DNA of 64,000 bases, from assembly GCA_041082245.1 (NCBI GenBank), contig JBDOIE010000006.1:4950-68949 (forward strand). Direction: 5' to 3'. Of the stretch, positions 8,259 through 18,009 are shown piece after piece (positions within the stretch are counted from its first letter, which is position 1; each line of letters begins with the position of its first letter). A program made the translations under genes and the position numbers. The stretch is from Chloroflexia bacterium. Lineage in GTDB: Bacteria; Chloroflexota; Chloroflexia; DTKN01. The notes beneath the pieces are model-generated. The model was not told the DNA's origin. It did no database searches and saw only the letters and a list, made by a program, of their open reading frames with translations.

Positions 8259-9215
8259 ATGGAACGTGCGGTAGATACAGGCCTGCAGGCTCTGAGACGA
8301 GGCGCGGACGAGCTGGAAGCACCTCCCCTCTCGTTGCGACAACTTGCCTGGCGACGCTTCCGCCGCCACAAGATGGCGCTGTTCGGCGCGGTAGTGCTCG
8401 TGTTGCTTTTCCTGTACGCCTTCGGGGGAGCGATCTTTTACAGCGAGCGGTACGCGAACTATAACGATCCCTCCCAGCGGCTCCAGCCGCCGTCGCGCAT
8501 ACACCCGTTCGGCACAGATACGATCGGCCGGGACATCCTGGCCCGCACGATCTACGGCGGCCAGATCTCGCTCGTGATCGGGCTCTCCGCAGTGATCCTG
8601 GAAACCGTGGTAGGGGTGACGATCGGCGCCATCGCGGGCTACTACGGGGGCCTCATCGACAGCATCCTGATGCGCTTCACCGAGGCTATGTTCAATATCC
8701 CCCAGATTTTCCTGCTGATCGTTATGGCCAAGTTCTACGCGGGCAAGGTGCCCAACATCACTGTCCTGGGGCGTACCTTCAGCGGCAGCGTGGTGGTCAT
8801 CGTCGTGATCATCGGGCTCACGAGCTGGATGTATCTGGCACGCATTGTCCGGGCACAGTTCCTCTCGCTCAAGGAAAACGAGTTCGTGCTGGCCGCTCGG
8901 GCGACCGGAACCCCAACCGGCGAGATCATCTTCCGCCACATTCTCCCGAACTGCGTCGCCCCGATCACGGTTTCTGCTACCCTCGGTGTGGCCAATGCGA
9001 TCATCACCGAGGCCTACATCAGCTTCCTCGGGCTGGGCGTACGGCCGCCTACGGCCACCTGGGGCAATATGCTCGAGGGAGCCTACAATTATATCGAAAC
9101 GGCCCCCTGGCTCTGGGTCTTCCCCGGTCTCTTGATCCTGCTGACTGTCCTCAGCATCAACTTTGTGGGCGACGGCCTGCGCGACGCGCTCGATCCGCGC
9201 AGCCGCGCCGTCTGA
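8259..9215 (+). CDS. ABC transporter permease, DppC/OppC-like
   Basis: N-terminal region then TM segments with the EAA-loop region (...LARIVRAQFLSLKENEFVLAARATG...). Confidence 0.85.
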   Translation: MERAVDTGLQALRRGADELEAPPLSLRQLAWRRFRRHKMALFGAVVLVLLFLYAFGGAIFYSERYANYNDPSQRLQPPSRIHPFGTDTIGRDILARTIYGGQISLVIGLSAVILETVVGVTIGAIAGYYGGLIDSILMRFTEAMFNIPQIFLLIVMAKFYAGKVPNITVLGRTFSGSVVVIVVIIGLTSWMYLARIVRAQFLSLKENEFVLAARATGTPTGEIIFRHILPNCVAPITVSATLGVANAIITEAYISFLGLGVRPPTATWGNMLEGAYNYIETAPWLWVFPGLLILLTVLSINFVGDGLRDALDPRSRAV

Positions 9216-9224
9216 AAGGGCCCT

Positions 9225-10208
9225 ATGGACGCGACACTCCTCGAAGTTAAGGACCTGAAGACGCGCTTCCATACCCCGGAAGGCACTGTGTATGCGGTCA
9301 ACGGCATCTCCTTTTCCCTGCGGGAAGGCGAAGCGCTCGCGATCGTGGGGGAAAGCGGCTGTGGCAAATCCGTGAGCATGCTCTCGATCCTGCGCCTCAT
9401 CCCCATCCCGCCCGGTGAGATCGCCGGGGGCCAGGCGCTCTACCGCGGCGTCGACCTGCTGACGATCGAGGAGGCGGAACTGGAGCACATCCGCGGAAAA
9501 GAGATCAGCATGATCTTCCAGGAGCCGATGACCGCGCTCAACCCGGTGTTGACCATCGGCCGGCAGATCACCGAGGCGCTCCGTACCCACCTCGGAATGA
9601 CCCAGCGGCAGGCCGTGGAGCGAGCTGTCACCCTGCTCGAGTGGGTGGGCATCCCGGCTGCGCGCAGTCGCCTCAACGACTACCCGCACCAGTTTTCCGG
9701 GGGGATGCGGCAACGCGCGATGATCGCGATGGCGCTGGCATGTAACCCCAGTCTGCTCATCGCCGACGAACCGACCACTGCGCTCGACGTGACGATCCAG
9801 GCGCAAATCATCGAGCTCGTGACCCGGCTGCGCGAGGAGGTCGGGATGGCGATCATCTGGATCACGCACGACCTGGGGGTTGTTGCTGGACTGGCGGAAC
9901 GGGTCCTCGTGATGTACGCCGGCTTTATCGTGGAGAAAGCCGAGGTGGACGACCTGTACAACCATCCGCGCCATCCGTATACCCTCGCCCTGCTGGGGGC
10001 CTTGCCGCGTGTGGACCGCAGCCGGCGCGAGCGACTGAAGTCGATCCCCGGGGCACCTCCGAGCTTGCTCGTCGAACCGCAAGGATGCCCCTTCGCTCCG
10101 CGCTGCGAGCAGGTACGCGACATCTGCTGGGAGAAGAACCCCGTGCTGCGGACGGTCGCGCCCAACCATCAGGTGGCCTGCTGGGCCGACGGCCGGACGG
10201 AGGCGTAG
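9225..10208 (+). CDS. Oligopeptide/dipeptide ABC transporter ATP-binding protein (DppD/OppD-like)
   Basis: Walker A GESGCGKS, signature LSGGMRQR, Walker [13 protein letters not shown], and a C-terminal oligopeptide-ABC extension. Confidence 0.9.
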   Translation: MDATLLEVKDLKTRFHTPEGTVYAVNGISFSLREGEALAIVGESGCGKSVSMLSILRLIPIPPGEIAGGQALYRGVDLLTIEEAELEHIRGKEISMIFQEPMTALNPVLTIGRQITEALRTHLGMTQRQAVERAVTLLEWVGIPAARSRLNDYPHQFSGGMRQRAMIAMALACNPSLLIADEPTTALDVTIQAQIIELVTRLREEVGMAIIWITHDLGVVAGLAERVLVMYAGFIVEKAEVDDLYNHPRHPYTLALLGALPRVDRSRRERLKSIPGAPPSLLVEPQGCPFAPRCEQVRDICWEKNPVLRTVAPNHQVACWADGRTEA

Positions 10209-10210
10209 GG

Positions 10211-11398
10211 ATGGATACGGCGCGACCGCTCGTCGAGGTGCAGAACCTGGTCAAGTACTTCCCCATCACCCGGGGGATCATCTTCCAGCGCACGATCGGG
10301 TATGTGCGTGCTGTCGACAACATCTCCTTCGACGTGTACCGTGGGGAGACGCTGGGGCTGGTTGGAGAAAGCGGGTGCGGGAAGACGACGGCCGGCCGCA
10401 CGATCGTCCAGCTGTATCCTGCGACCTCCGGCCGCGTGATCTTTGACGGGATCGACCTGATGGCCCTTGCGGCAAATAGCCGGCGGAGCGCGCGACGTGT
10501 GCTCGCGCCCTGGCTCTACCCCTCGCTCACGCTGGCCGCAGGCGCGGCCGGCGGTGCGGTCGGTTACTTCCGACCCTATACCCTCCTCACCACTGCGCTC
10601 CTCGCTCTGGCCGGTACTGGCCTGGGAGCAGGAATCGCCCACCTCTCGCTGCGCGCCGCGGAGAACAACCGCGCGGAAAGCGAAATGCGGCGCGTCCGCC
10701 GCCGCATGCAGATCATCTTCCAGGACCCGTTTGCCTCGCTGAACCCGCGCTGGACGGTCAACGCGATCATCAGCGAGCCGCTGCGCGTCCATGGCATCTG
10801 CCGTACGGCAAAGGAGCGCACGGAACGCGTCGTGGAGCTCCTGGAGCTCGTGGGCCTGAATGCCCGCCACATCAACCGCTTCCCGCACGAGTTCTCAGGG
10901 GGACAGCGACAACGCATCGGGATCGCCCGGGCGCTCGCCACGAACCCCGACTTTGTCGTGTGCGACGAGCCGATCTCTGCCCTCGATGTCTCCATCCAGG
11001 CACAGGTCGTCAACCTGCTGGAGGACCTCCAGGATCGGCTGAACCTGACCTACCTCTTCATCGCCCACGACCTCAGCATGGTGCGCCACATCTGCGACCG
11101 TGTGGCGGTAATGTACGTCGGCAAGATCGTGGAGCTGGGCCCGAAGGACGAAGTGTACGACCATCCCCTGCACCCCTACACCCAGGCGCTGCTCACCGCC
11201 GTGCCGGTGCCCGACCCCGCGGTCCAGCGGCAGCGCAAACGCGTCGTCCTCACCGGCGAAGTGCCCAGCCCGGCTAACCCTCCCCCGGGTTGCCGCTTCA
11301 GTCCCCGCTGTCCAGTGGCGCTCCCCCGTTGCAAGGAAGAAGAGCCTGCCTGGCGCGATGTCGGCGGGGGCCACTGGGTCGCCTGCCACCAGGTCTGA
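10211..11398 (+). CDS. Oligopeptide/dipeptide ABC transporter ATP-binding protein (DppF/OppF-like) with an atypical ~65-aa hydrophobic insertion after the Walker A region
   Basis: [19 protein letters not shown]..., Walker [10 protein letters not shown], ...[17 protein letters not shown], signature FSGGQRQR. Two TM-like stretches ([47 protein letters not shown]) are inserted between FDGIDL and [11 protein letters not shown]. Confidence 0.8.
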   Translation: MDTARPLVEVQNLVKYFPITRGIIFQRTIGYVRAVDNISFDVYRGETLGLVGESGCGKTTAGRTIVQLYPATSGRVIFDGIDLMALAANSRRSARRVLAPWLYPSLTLAAGAAGGAVGYFRPYTLLTTALLALAGTGLGAGIAHLSLRAAENNRAESEMRRVRRRMQIIFQDPFASLNPRWTVNAIISEPLRVHGICRTAKERTERVVELLELVGLNARHINRFPHEFSGGQRQRIGIARALATNPDFVVCDEPISALDVSIQAQVVNLLEDLQDRLNLTYLFIAHDLSMVRHICDRVAVMYVGKIVELGPKDEVYDHPLHPYTQALLTAVPVPDPAVQRQRKRVVLTGEVPSPANPPPGCRFSPRCPVALPRCKEEEPAWRDVGGGHWVACHQV

Positions 11399-11473
11399 TC
11401 GCCTGACGTCGGCTCTTGACCCCCGAATGTGGGGGGAAATCGATATGCCCGAATGCACAGAAGGAGGAAACGT

Positions 11474-12640
11474 ATGCCTTACACGTACACCGTCCTGGGG
11501 GCGGGCCGCCAGGGAACGGCTGCAGCCTACGACATGGGCCGCTGGGGCGACGCCCGGCGCGTCATCCTGGCCGACCGCGATTTCGAGATCGCCCGGCGCG
11601 CTGCGGAGCGGGTGAACCGGCTGCTCGGCCGGGAGGTCGCCGAAGCGAGGGTGGTCGATGTAACCGACCATGCGGCCCTGGAAGCGCTCCTGCGCGGCAC
11701 GGATGCCACTTTGAGCGCTGTGCCCTACATCTACAACCTCGAGGCCACCCGCGCGGCCATCCGCGCCGGCTCGAGCTGGTGCGACCTCGGGGGCAACACG
11801 GAGATCGCCCGCCGGCAGCACGCCTACGACACCGAAGCGCGCGCAGCCGGAGTGAGCGTGATCCCCGACTGCGGCCAGGTGCCCGGGATGGGGACCAGCC
11901 TGATGGTCTATGCGATCGAGCTGCTCGACGAGGCGATCGACGTCTATATGTGGGACGGCGGCATCCCCCAGAAGCCCCGGTCCCCGTTCCCCTACCTGCT
12001 CACGTTCCACATCGCGGGCCTCACGAATGAGTATGCGGAGCCGGCGATCTTTATCCGGGACGGCAAAATCACCCGCGTGGAGCCGATGACGGAGCTGGAG
12101 ACGGTCGAGTTCCCCGAGCCGATCGGCACCCTGGAAGCGTTCGTAGCAGGAGGTGGGACGAGCACCATGCCCTGGGCCTACGAGGGGAAACTACGCACCC
12201 TGCAGAACAAGACCCTGCGCCACCCCGGGCACTTTGCCCAGCTGCGCGCCTTCTACGACCTGGGGCTATGGGATCTGAAACCGATCCGGGTGGGCGATCA
12301 GGAAGTTGTCCCGCGCGAGGTTTTTCACGCCCTTTTCGAACCCAAGGTCGTCTTCCCGGAGGACAAGGACCTGTGCATCGTACGCGTCAAGGCGGTCGGC
12401 AAGAAGGACGGCCACGATGCCGCGGTCGTCGTCGAGATGATCGACTACTACGACGAGGCGACCGGCTTTACGGCGATGGAGCGCGCGACCGGCTGGAGCG
12501 CAGCCATCGTGGCGGAGATGATGGCACGCGGCCAGACCCCGCGCGGCGCGGGCGGGGTGGAAACGATGGTCCCGGCCCGTCCCTTCGTGGAGGAACTGCG
12601 CCGGCGAGGGATCTCGGTGACCGAAACCTGGATCGAATGA
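11474..12640 (+). CDS. Saccharopine dehydrogenase NADP-binding family protein (Lys9 / lysine 6-dehydrogenase / carboxynorspermidine-DH-like)
   Basis: MPYTYTVLGAGRQGTAAAYDM is a Rossmann motif. RBS gaaggagg. Overall Sacchrp_dh architecture. Confidence 0.7.
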   Translation: MPYTYTVLGAGRQGTAAAYDMGRWGDARRVILADRDFEIARRAAERVNRLLGREVAEARVVDVTDHAALEALLRGTDATLSAVPYIYNLEATRAAIRAGSSWCDLGGNTEIARRQHAYDTEARAAGVSVIPDCGQVPGMGTSLMVYAIELLDEAIDVYMWDGGIPQKPRSPFPYLLTFHIAGLTNEYAEPAIFIRDGKITRVEPMTELETVEFPEPIGTLEAFVAGGGTSTMPWAYEGKLRTLQNKTLRHPGHFAQLRAFYDLGLWDLKPIRVGDQEVVPREVFHALFEPKVVFPEDKDLCIVRVKAVGKKDGHDAAVVVEMIDYYDEATGFTAMERATGWSAAIVAEMMARGQTPRGAGGVETMVPARPFVEELRRRGISVTETWIE

Positions 12641-12663
12641 TCTTGCTCTTGGCGGAAAGAACC

Positions 12664-12688
12664 GGGGGCCCGAGCGGTTCGGGCCCCC
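12664..12688. terminator. Candidate bidirectional terminator hairpin between convergent genes (10-bp perfect GC stem)
   Basis: gggggcccga-gcggt-tcgggccccc between the stop at 12640 (+) and the stop at 12719 (-). Confidence 0.45.
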
Positions 12689-12718
12689 TTATCATCTCCA
12701 GGGCAACAGGGGACAGGA

Positions 12719-14176
12719 TCAGCGGGGCGGCAGTCGGTCCATTCCGGCCTTCTGCAGCGCCTTCAGGGTGATATCCTCCAGCTCCTTCACCACCTCGGGG
12801 GCAAGCGGCTTCGGCTGGTAGGAAGCGATCAACGCCTCCACTCGCTCGTGGGCCCGCTCGACGGTGTCTTTGCTCCCCTTCATCTCCCAGTTCCGCCGGA
12901 AATCGCGATCGATCACCTCGCTCGGGATATAGAGCTCCTGCCGGAACCAGCGACGGGTATGCTGCGTCTTCAGGAACTCGCCGCTGTGGCCCACCTGACG
13001 GATGATATCGAGCGCATAGGGGATCTCACGCTCGGCGATCCCGGTGACCAGGCGCTTCGCCATCCCCACAATCTCGGCGTCGATAACCAGTTTCTCCAGG
13101 CTGAAGCAGCTCTCGAAATCGAGCATGCCCGGCCCGGAGATCATGTTGATCCCCGCCAGGGCCCCCAGGATCGCCCCGCTCGCGCTCTCGAGCCCGCACT
13201 GCGTATCGACGATCTTGGCATCCGACATACCCAGGTAGGCATGGGTGGGCAACCCGAGCGACTTGCCGACCTCTGCGTAGGCGCAGTCGAACATCATCGT
13301 TTCGATCGCGCCCATGGGCGTCGTTCCCGTGCGCATATCGAAGGCCGCGGGCGAACCGCCCCACACGATCGGGGAACCGGGCTTGACGAGCTGGTGGATC
13401 GTGATCCCGCTCAGGCACTCTGCCGCGTGCTGCACGATCGAACCGAGCAGCGTAGCCGGCCCTGTGGCGCCGGTGAGCGGCATGCTCACGAGCTCCGCCG
13501 GGACCCCGTGGGCGGCGCAGTCCATCATATTTTCGCAGGTGATCTCGGACCAGAGGAGCGGGGGCGAAGGGCAAACGTCGAACACAGCGATCGGCTTTTC
13601 CGCCAGCGCTTGCTCGCTTCCCGCTACGGCTACCAGCAGGTCCTTCATCACATGCCAGGTCTCTACCGCAAACGCCCCGGTGACGACCGGCTTGCGGGCG
13701 TACAGCAGCACCAGGAAGAGCCGGTAGAGGTCGGCGACCGCCTGGGGGACGTCGGCACAGACCAGTGCCGTGCTCACGGCATCCAGCGCAGGAAGGCTGT
13801 CCGCCAGCTGGATGTACCGGACAAAGTCGGCGGTGTAGGGCGGGCGCGAGGTCTTGGCCCCGTACTCCAGGAATTCGATCGCCGCGGACCCTGGGTCGAA
13901 ATGGACGTCGTCCCCGCCGTAGTGCACGGCCGGCCGGCCCTCCGCATCGTACAGGTAGAACGACTTCGGAGCCGTCTGGACGGCCCGTTCCACCAGGTTC
14001 CCCGGGATGTGGGCCACTTTCTTGGCAGCATCGACGCGTGCGCCGTGGTCGGCAAGCAGCTGAAGCGCACGCTCCGAGTGCACCTGTACCCCCGGGTCTT
14101 CCAGCAGCTGGATCGCCTCGTCGATCACCCGCTGCACGGTTTCCGGCGAAAGGAACTGTACCTTCGGTCTGATCAT
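12719..14176 (-). CDS. MttB-superfamily (trimethylamine methyltransferase-like) corrinoid-dependent methyltransferase, paralog 1
   Basis: MIRPKVQFLSPETVQRVIDEAIQLLEDPGVQVHSERALQLLADHGARVDAAKKVAHIPGNLVERAV... has the MttB/MtgB-like N-terminus and TIM-barrel length (485 aa). RBS gaggagg before the ATG at 14176. Confidence 0.8.
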   Translation of the reverse strand: MIRPKVQFLSPETVQRVIDEAIQLLEDPGVQVHSERALQLLADHGARVDAAKKVAHIPGNLVERAVQTAPKSFYLYDAEGRPAVHYGGDDVHFDPGSAAIEFLEYGAKTSRPPYTADFVRYIQLADSLPALDAVSTALVCADVPQAVADLYRLFLVLLYARKPVVTGAFAVETWHVMKDLLVAVAGSEQALAEKPIAVFDVCPSPPLLWSEITCENMMDCAAHGVPAELVSMPLTGATGPATLLGSIVQHAAECLSGITIHQLVKPGSPIVWGGSPAAFDMRTGTTPMGAIETMMFDCAYAEVGKSLGLPTHAYLGMSDAKIVDTQCGLESASGAILGALAGINMISGPGMLDFESCFSLEKLVIDAEIVGMAKRLVTGIAEREIPYALDIIRQVGHSGEFLKTQHTRRWFRQELYIPSEVIDRDFRRNWEMKGSKDTVERAHERVEALIASYQPKPLAPEVVKELEDITLKALQKAGMDRLPPR

Positions 14177-14196
14177 CGTTTCCTCCTCAACGTCGT

Positions 14197-15387
14197 TCAA
14201 GCGGTACCACTATCGCTGGTCTTGCGCACCGGAGGCTGCCTGAGGAGGCGCAACGCCGCTTCCGCAAGGATCGCTGTGCCGATGGGCAGGCAGCGCTCGT
14301 CGATGTCGAAGCGCGGGTGGTGGGCATGGCGCGGATCGTCCTCGATCCGACAACCCAGCCCGAACATCGCGCCCGGCGCCAGTTCCAGGAAGACGGCGAG
14401 ATCCTCCGCCCCCATCTCGAGGCGCGAAGTGGGCAGGTGCCCCGGGCCGAGCAGATCGGTCACCACCTGGCGGATAACCTCAACCACCGTGGCGTCGCAC
14501 TGCATCGGCGGGCAGCCGACATCGATCCGCAGCCGGTAGTCGCCCCCCAGTGCACGCGCCACGCCCAGGGCGCGTTCGATCTCGGCGTGGATCTGTTTCT
14601 GTACCTCGGGGTCCATGTAGCGGATCGTCCCGCTCAGTTCCACTTTTTCCGGGATGACGTTGTGTGTTTGTCCTCCGTGAATGGACCCGATGCTGATGAG
14701 CGCCGGGTCGGCCGGCCGCAAGCGTCGGGAGACGATCCCGTGGAGGGCGAGGATCACGTGGCCCGCGAGGTAGATCGGGTCGATCACTTCGTGCGGGGCC
14801 GCAGCGTGACCACCCCGGCCCAGCAGGGTGATGTAGAAAGTGTCCACTCCGGCCGAACCCGGGCCGGCGGAGACGGTAATCTCTCCCACGGGGCGGGTCG
14901 CATCGACGTGCGTGGCCAGGACGTATTCCACCCCCTCCATGGCCCCGTCCTCGACCATGCGTGGCGCGCCGCTCCGGCCGCCTTCGTCGTCTGCCTCCTC
15001 CGAAGGCTGGAAGAGCAGACGCAATGTCCCCGGGAAATCCTCCCGTGCCAGCAGGGCCCCTACCCCAAGCACCATCGCGGTGTGGGCGTCGTGCCCGCAG
15101 GCGTGCATTACGCCCGGGTGCTGGGAAGCGTAGGGGACGTCGTTCTCCTCCTGAATGGGCAGCGCGTCCATATCGGCGCGCACTGCCACTACCGGCCGGC
15201 CCTCCCCTCTCTCGGCCACCACCCCGGTACGGCCGACCCCCGTACGGACCCGGTACCCCAGGCCTTGCAGGACCTCCGCCACGCGGCCCGCCGTGCGCAC
15301 CTCCTGGAAGCCCACCTCCGGGTACATATGGAACTCTCGCCGCCAGGCGACGAGCTGTTCTGCGATCTCCTGCGCGCGTTGTAGCAT
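14197..15387 (-). CDS. M20D-family amidohydrolase (N-acyl-L-amino acid amidohydrolase / hippurate hydrolase-like)
   Basis: MLQRAQEIAEQLVAWRREFHMYPEVGFQE...ACGHDAHTAM carries M20D metal-binding motifs. Start chosen at ATG 15387 behind ggaggtg. Confidence 0.8.
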   Translation of the reverse strand: MLQRAQEIAEQLVAWRREFHMYPEVGFQEVRTAGRVAEVLQGLGYRVRTGVGRTGVVAERGEGRPVVAVRADMDALPIQEENDVPYASQHPGVMHACGHDAHTAMVLGVGALLAREDFPGTLRLLFQPSEEADDEGGRSGAPRMVEDGAMEGVEYVLATHVDATRPVGEITVSAGPGSAGVDTFYITLLGRGGHAAAPHEVIDPIYLAGHVILALHGIVSRRLRPADPALISIGSIHGGQTHNVIPEKVELSGTIRYMDPEVQKQIHAEIERALGVARALGGDYRLRIDVGCPPMQCDATVVEVIRQVVTDLLGPGHLPTSRLEMGAEDLAVFLELAPGAMFGLGCRIEDDPRHAHHPRFDIDERCLPIGTAILAEAALRLLRQPPVRKTSDSGTA

Positions 15388-15470
15388 CACCACCTCCGTA
15401 CAACTCCAGGAGCCTATCCCAAACCCCTCGCCGGGTCGGCGAAGGCGGGTAGGCCAGGCCACAACAAGCT

Positions 15471-16898
15471 CTATGTCAACCCGAGGGAAGCGATGAACGC
15501 TTCTCCTCGAGCAATCAGCTCCGCTTGATCGGGCGGAGGAGCTGCCGTCTCAAGGAGTGCAACGGTGTACTCGCGCAGCCGCTCGTCCGCGCGCGGCCGA
15601 CCCTCGGCTCGCCACTTCTCCAGGCTCCAGCGTGGAAAGATCGGGCTGGTGTAATAAGCTTCGCGGTAGTGGCGACGCGTCTGGTCGGCCAGCAGGAAAT
15701 TCCCGCCCGGCCCCACCTGGTCGATCTCCTCGAGCCCGATCGCCTCCTCGTCCAGGAGGAATCCTTCCGCAAAGCGCAGCGCCTGCGCGATCACCTCGTG
15801 AGCATAAACCGCCGTCGCTGGCGAAAACGCTTTCGATGTCAGAGTATCCCCGACAAAGGGGGCCAGGCCTACCTTCCCGATGCAGGAGCTGAGCTGGTTC
15901 ATCCAGTAGGTGTCGGCCGCCAGGAGGTCCGGTCCCCAACCGGTACCGCTGCCCGAGCTTCCGCAGTGCGGAAGCCTGTAATGCGCCATCATCTCCGCGC
16001 AGGCCAGGTTCAAGAGGAAACTCTTCGGCTCGTAGAACGAAACCATCGTCTTCAGGTCGAAGAACGCCGGAAGCATCCCCAGGATGACTGGAGCGCCCTC
16101 GCGTACCAGCTGGCTCAGCACCAGACCGGCCAGGAGCTCCGCCTGCAGAAGCACAAGCATTCCCGCCGGCGTGATCGGCGTGGTCATCCCGGCCATGCTG
16201 TAGTTCGAGTAGATCACCGGAAGCCCGCGCTCGATCGCCTCCACCATCTTGTCCCCGGTTCCCTCGTTGATGATGAGCGGGCTGACCGGGTTAAAATAGG
16301 GAACGACGAACGGCCGGGAAGCCAACTCGCCGCAGAGCGCCTCCAGAAGGTCCAGCACCGCCGGGAAGCGCGCCTCGTCGGAGACCAGGATCACGAGCGG
16401 CTTGGTCGTGTTGGCGACCATTTCCAGGGTGGCGTAGAGGTCGGACACCGGGGCCGGCACGTCCTGCACGATGCCGATGGTCGAGATCACATCGTAGAGA
16501 GGGAGTTGACCGCCCAGCCGCACGATCTGCGCCATATGCGCGCGACCAAAGGGGACGATGTCGTCGTTCCGTGGATCCTGGTAATAAAGCGCGGTTACGC
16601 CGATGCCAAAGCGTGTGCGTTCCTGACCTTCCCCCAACCGGAAGGCCGGCCGTCCGAGCCGGTCGTAGACCTGTACGGACGACGGCGCGCAGCGCAGCGC
16701 CCATTCCACCAGGTCAGGCGGAATCCGCACCCGGCCGTCGCGCACCTCGCCCAACGCCTGTGCAAACAGCGCACGGGCGCGCGGCGAGTCGACCCGCACA
16801 CCCGTGGTCGCGAGGAGGCTCAGCGAATCGCGGTGCACCCGTTCGATCTGTTCCGGGGTCAGGAGCTCAAGCCGCGGCCGGACGTAGCTGCTTTCCAA
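15471..16898 (-). CDS. MttB-superfamily corrinoid-dependent methyltransferase, paralog 2
   Basis: MESSYVRPRLELLTPEQIERVHRDSLSLLATTGVRVDSPRARALFAQALGEVRDGRVRIPPDLVEWALRCAP...; 475 aa. Confidence 0.8.
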   Translation of the reverse strand: MESSYVRPRLELLTPEQIERVHRDSLSLLATTGVRVDSPRARALFAQALGEVRDGRVRIPPDLVEWALRCAPSSVQVYDRLGRPAFRLGEGQERTRFGIGVTALYYQDPRNDDIVPFGRAHMAQIVRLGGQLPLYDVISTIGIVQDVPAPVSDLYATLEMVANTTKPLVILVSDEARFPAVLDLLEALCGELASRPFVVPYFNPVSPLIINEGTGDKMVEAIERGLPVIYSNYSMAGMTTPITPAGMLVLLQAELLAGLVLSQLVREGAPVILGMLPAFFDLKTMVSFYEPKSFLLNLACAEMMAHYRLPHCGSSGSGTGWGPDLLAADTYWMNQLSSCIGKVGLAPFVGDTLTSKAFSPATAVYAHEVIAQALRFAEGFLLDEEAIGLEEIDQVGPGGNFLLADQTRRHYREAYYTSPIFPRWSLEKWRAEGRPRADERLREYTVALLETAAPPPDQAELIARGEAFIASLGLT

Positions 16899-16907
16899 AG
16901 GGTCCTC

Positions 16908-17987
16908 CTATTCCTTCGGCGGTACCCAGGGAGTCAGGGTGTATTCGTAGTAGGTCGTCTCGCACGGCCGTCCCCGGCCGATCCAGGCACGCCGCTCGTT
17001 CAGGTTGATGATGATGCTGAAAACGGTCACCGAGCTGCCGTCGTGCTTGCAGATCGATGCCGGATAGTTTTCGTGGTCGGCAAGCAGCTTTTGAAAGAGC
17101 GTGGGGGAGAGCCGGCCATAGTTCTCCCGCAAGAGCCGGCGTGCCCGGTAGAAACGGATGATCGAGTTGCCGATCCCGTGGGGATTGGCCTCGAAGGCAC
17201 GCATCGGCCACGACAGGTAATGGTTCGTGTGGGCCATAATGTTCCCTTCGACGTAAAGCGGCTCGCAGTCGGTGGCCGATCCTTCCATGCTGTAGATCTC
17301 GCCGCTCGGGTCCGCGATCACGTTGTTATAGTTCGAGGCGCGCAGCGGCAGAAGGCATGCATCCATCGCCTCGCCCAGCCGCTTGGCCGCCAGGATCGCC
17401 CGCGCGATCAGCAGGCGCGGGACACCCGGCCGGATGTCGCGGCAAGATACCGCGTTGCCCGTCATGCTGATGCCCGCAGCGTTGAATCCCGCGCTGAAGC
17501 CCAGGCCCCCGATCGACACCCCCAGGAACTCCGGATCATCCCCGGCCTGCACCTGGAAAATCGCCAGGTGTTCCTCGGCTTCCGGTGCGGTGTCGTTCGT
17601 GTGCGCCACCAGGGTGGAGCCATCCACGGTGGCCCTTCCGCGCGCGGCCATATCGGTGCAGCCCCGCAGGAGTACCGTCCCTGCACCCCAGGCAGCCGGC
17701 TCCCACAGCTCCTCGCACACCCCCAGGAAGACATGCTCGAACGGCAATCCGGAACCTTCGGCAATTCCCTCCAGTTCTTCGACAAAGTGCGGGTAAACAC
17801 TCCGGCTGTGGGCCAGGCAGAGGCGACCTTTGAGCAGCATATCGTCCCACGTCACGCCCGGTGGCAGGTGCGTTTCCATCCACGCAAGCGTCTGCTCGAG
17901 CTGGCTTTTCATGATCTCGCCGATCTGGCGGCCTACCTCGCGGTAGGAACCACGGATCTGATAAAGTGGGATCGGGCTCGCTGCCAT
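16908..17987 (-). CDS. Peptidase C45 family Ntn-hydrolase (acyl-CoA:6-aminopenicillanic acid acyltransferase-like)
   Basis: MAASPIPLYQIRGSYREVGRQIGE...VLLRGCTDMAARG fits the C45 family with a Gly-Cys autoproteolysis site. RBS ggaggtga before the ATG at 17987. Confidence 0.7.
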   Translation of the reverse strand: MAASPIPLYQIRGSYREVGRQIGEIMKSQLEQTLAWMETHLPPGVTWDDMLLKGRLCLAHSRSVYPHFVEELEGIAEGSGLPFEHVFLGVCEELWEPAAWGAGTVLLRGCTDMAARGRATVDGSTLVAHTNDTAPEAEEHLAIFQVQAGDDPEFLGVSIGGLGFSAGFNAAGISMTGNAVSCRDIRPGVPRLLIARAILAAKRLGEAMDACLLPLRASNYNNVIADPSGEIYSMEGSATDCEPLYVEGNIMAHTNHYLSWPMRAFEANPHGIGNSIIRFYRARRLLRENYGRLSPTLFQKLLADHENYPASICKHDGSSVTVFSIIINLNERRAWIGRGRPCETTYYEYTLTPWVPPKE

Positions 17988-18009
17988 AACCTCACCTCCT
18001 TTCTTCCCA

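Noticed and set aside
3819-10169. 2116-aa ORF on the minus strand
   Set aside because: It runs antisense to six well-supported plus-strand genes: HlyD, the SBP, two permeases and two ATPases. Its Arg/Gly/Pro/Asp-rich low-complexity translation is typical of spurious antisense ORFs in high-GC DNA, and it has no domain signatures.
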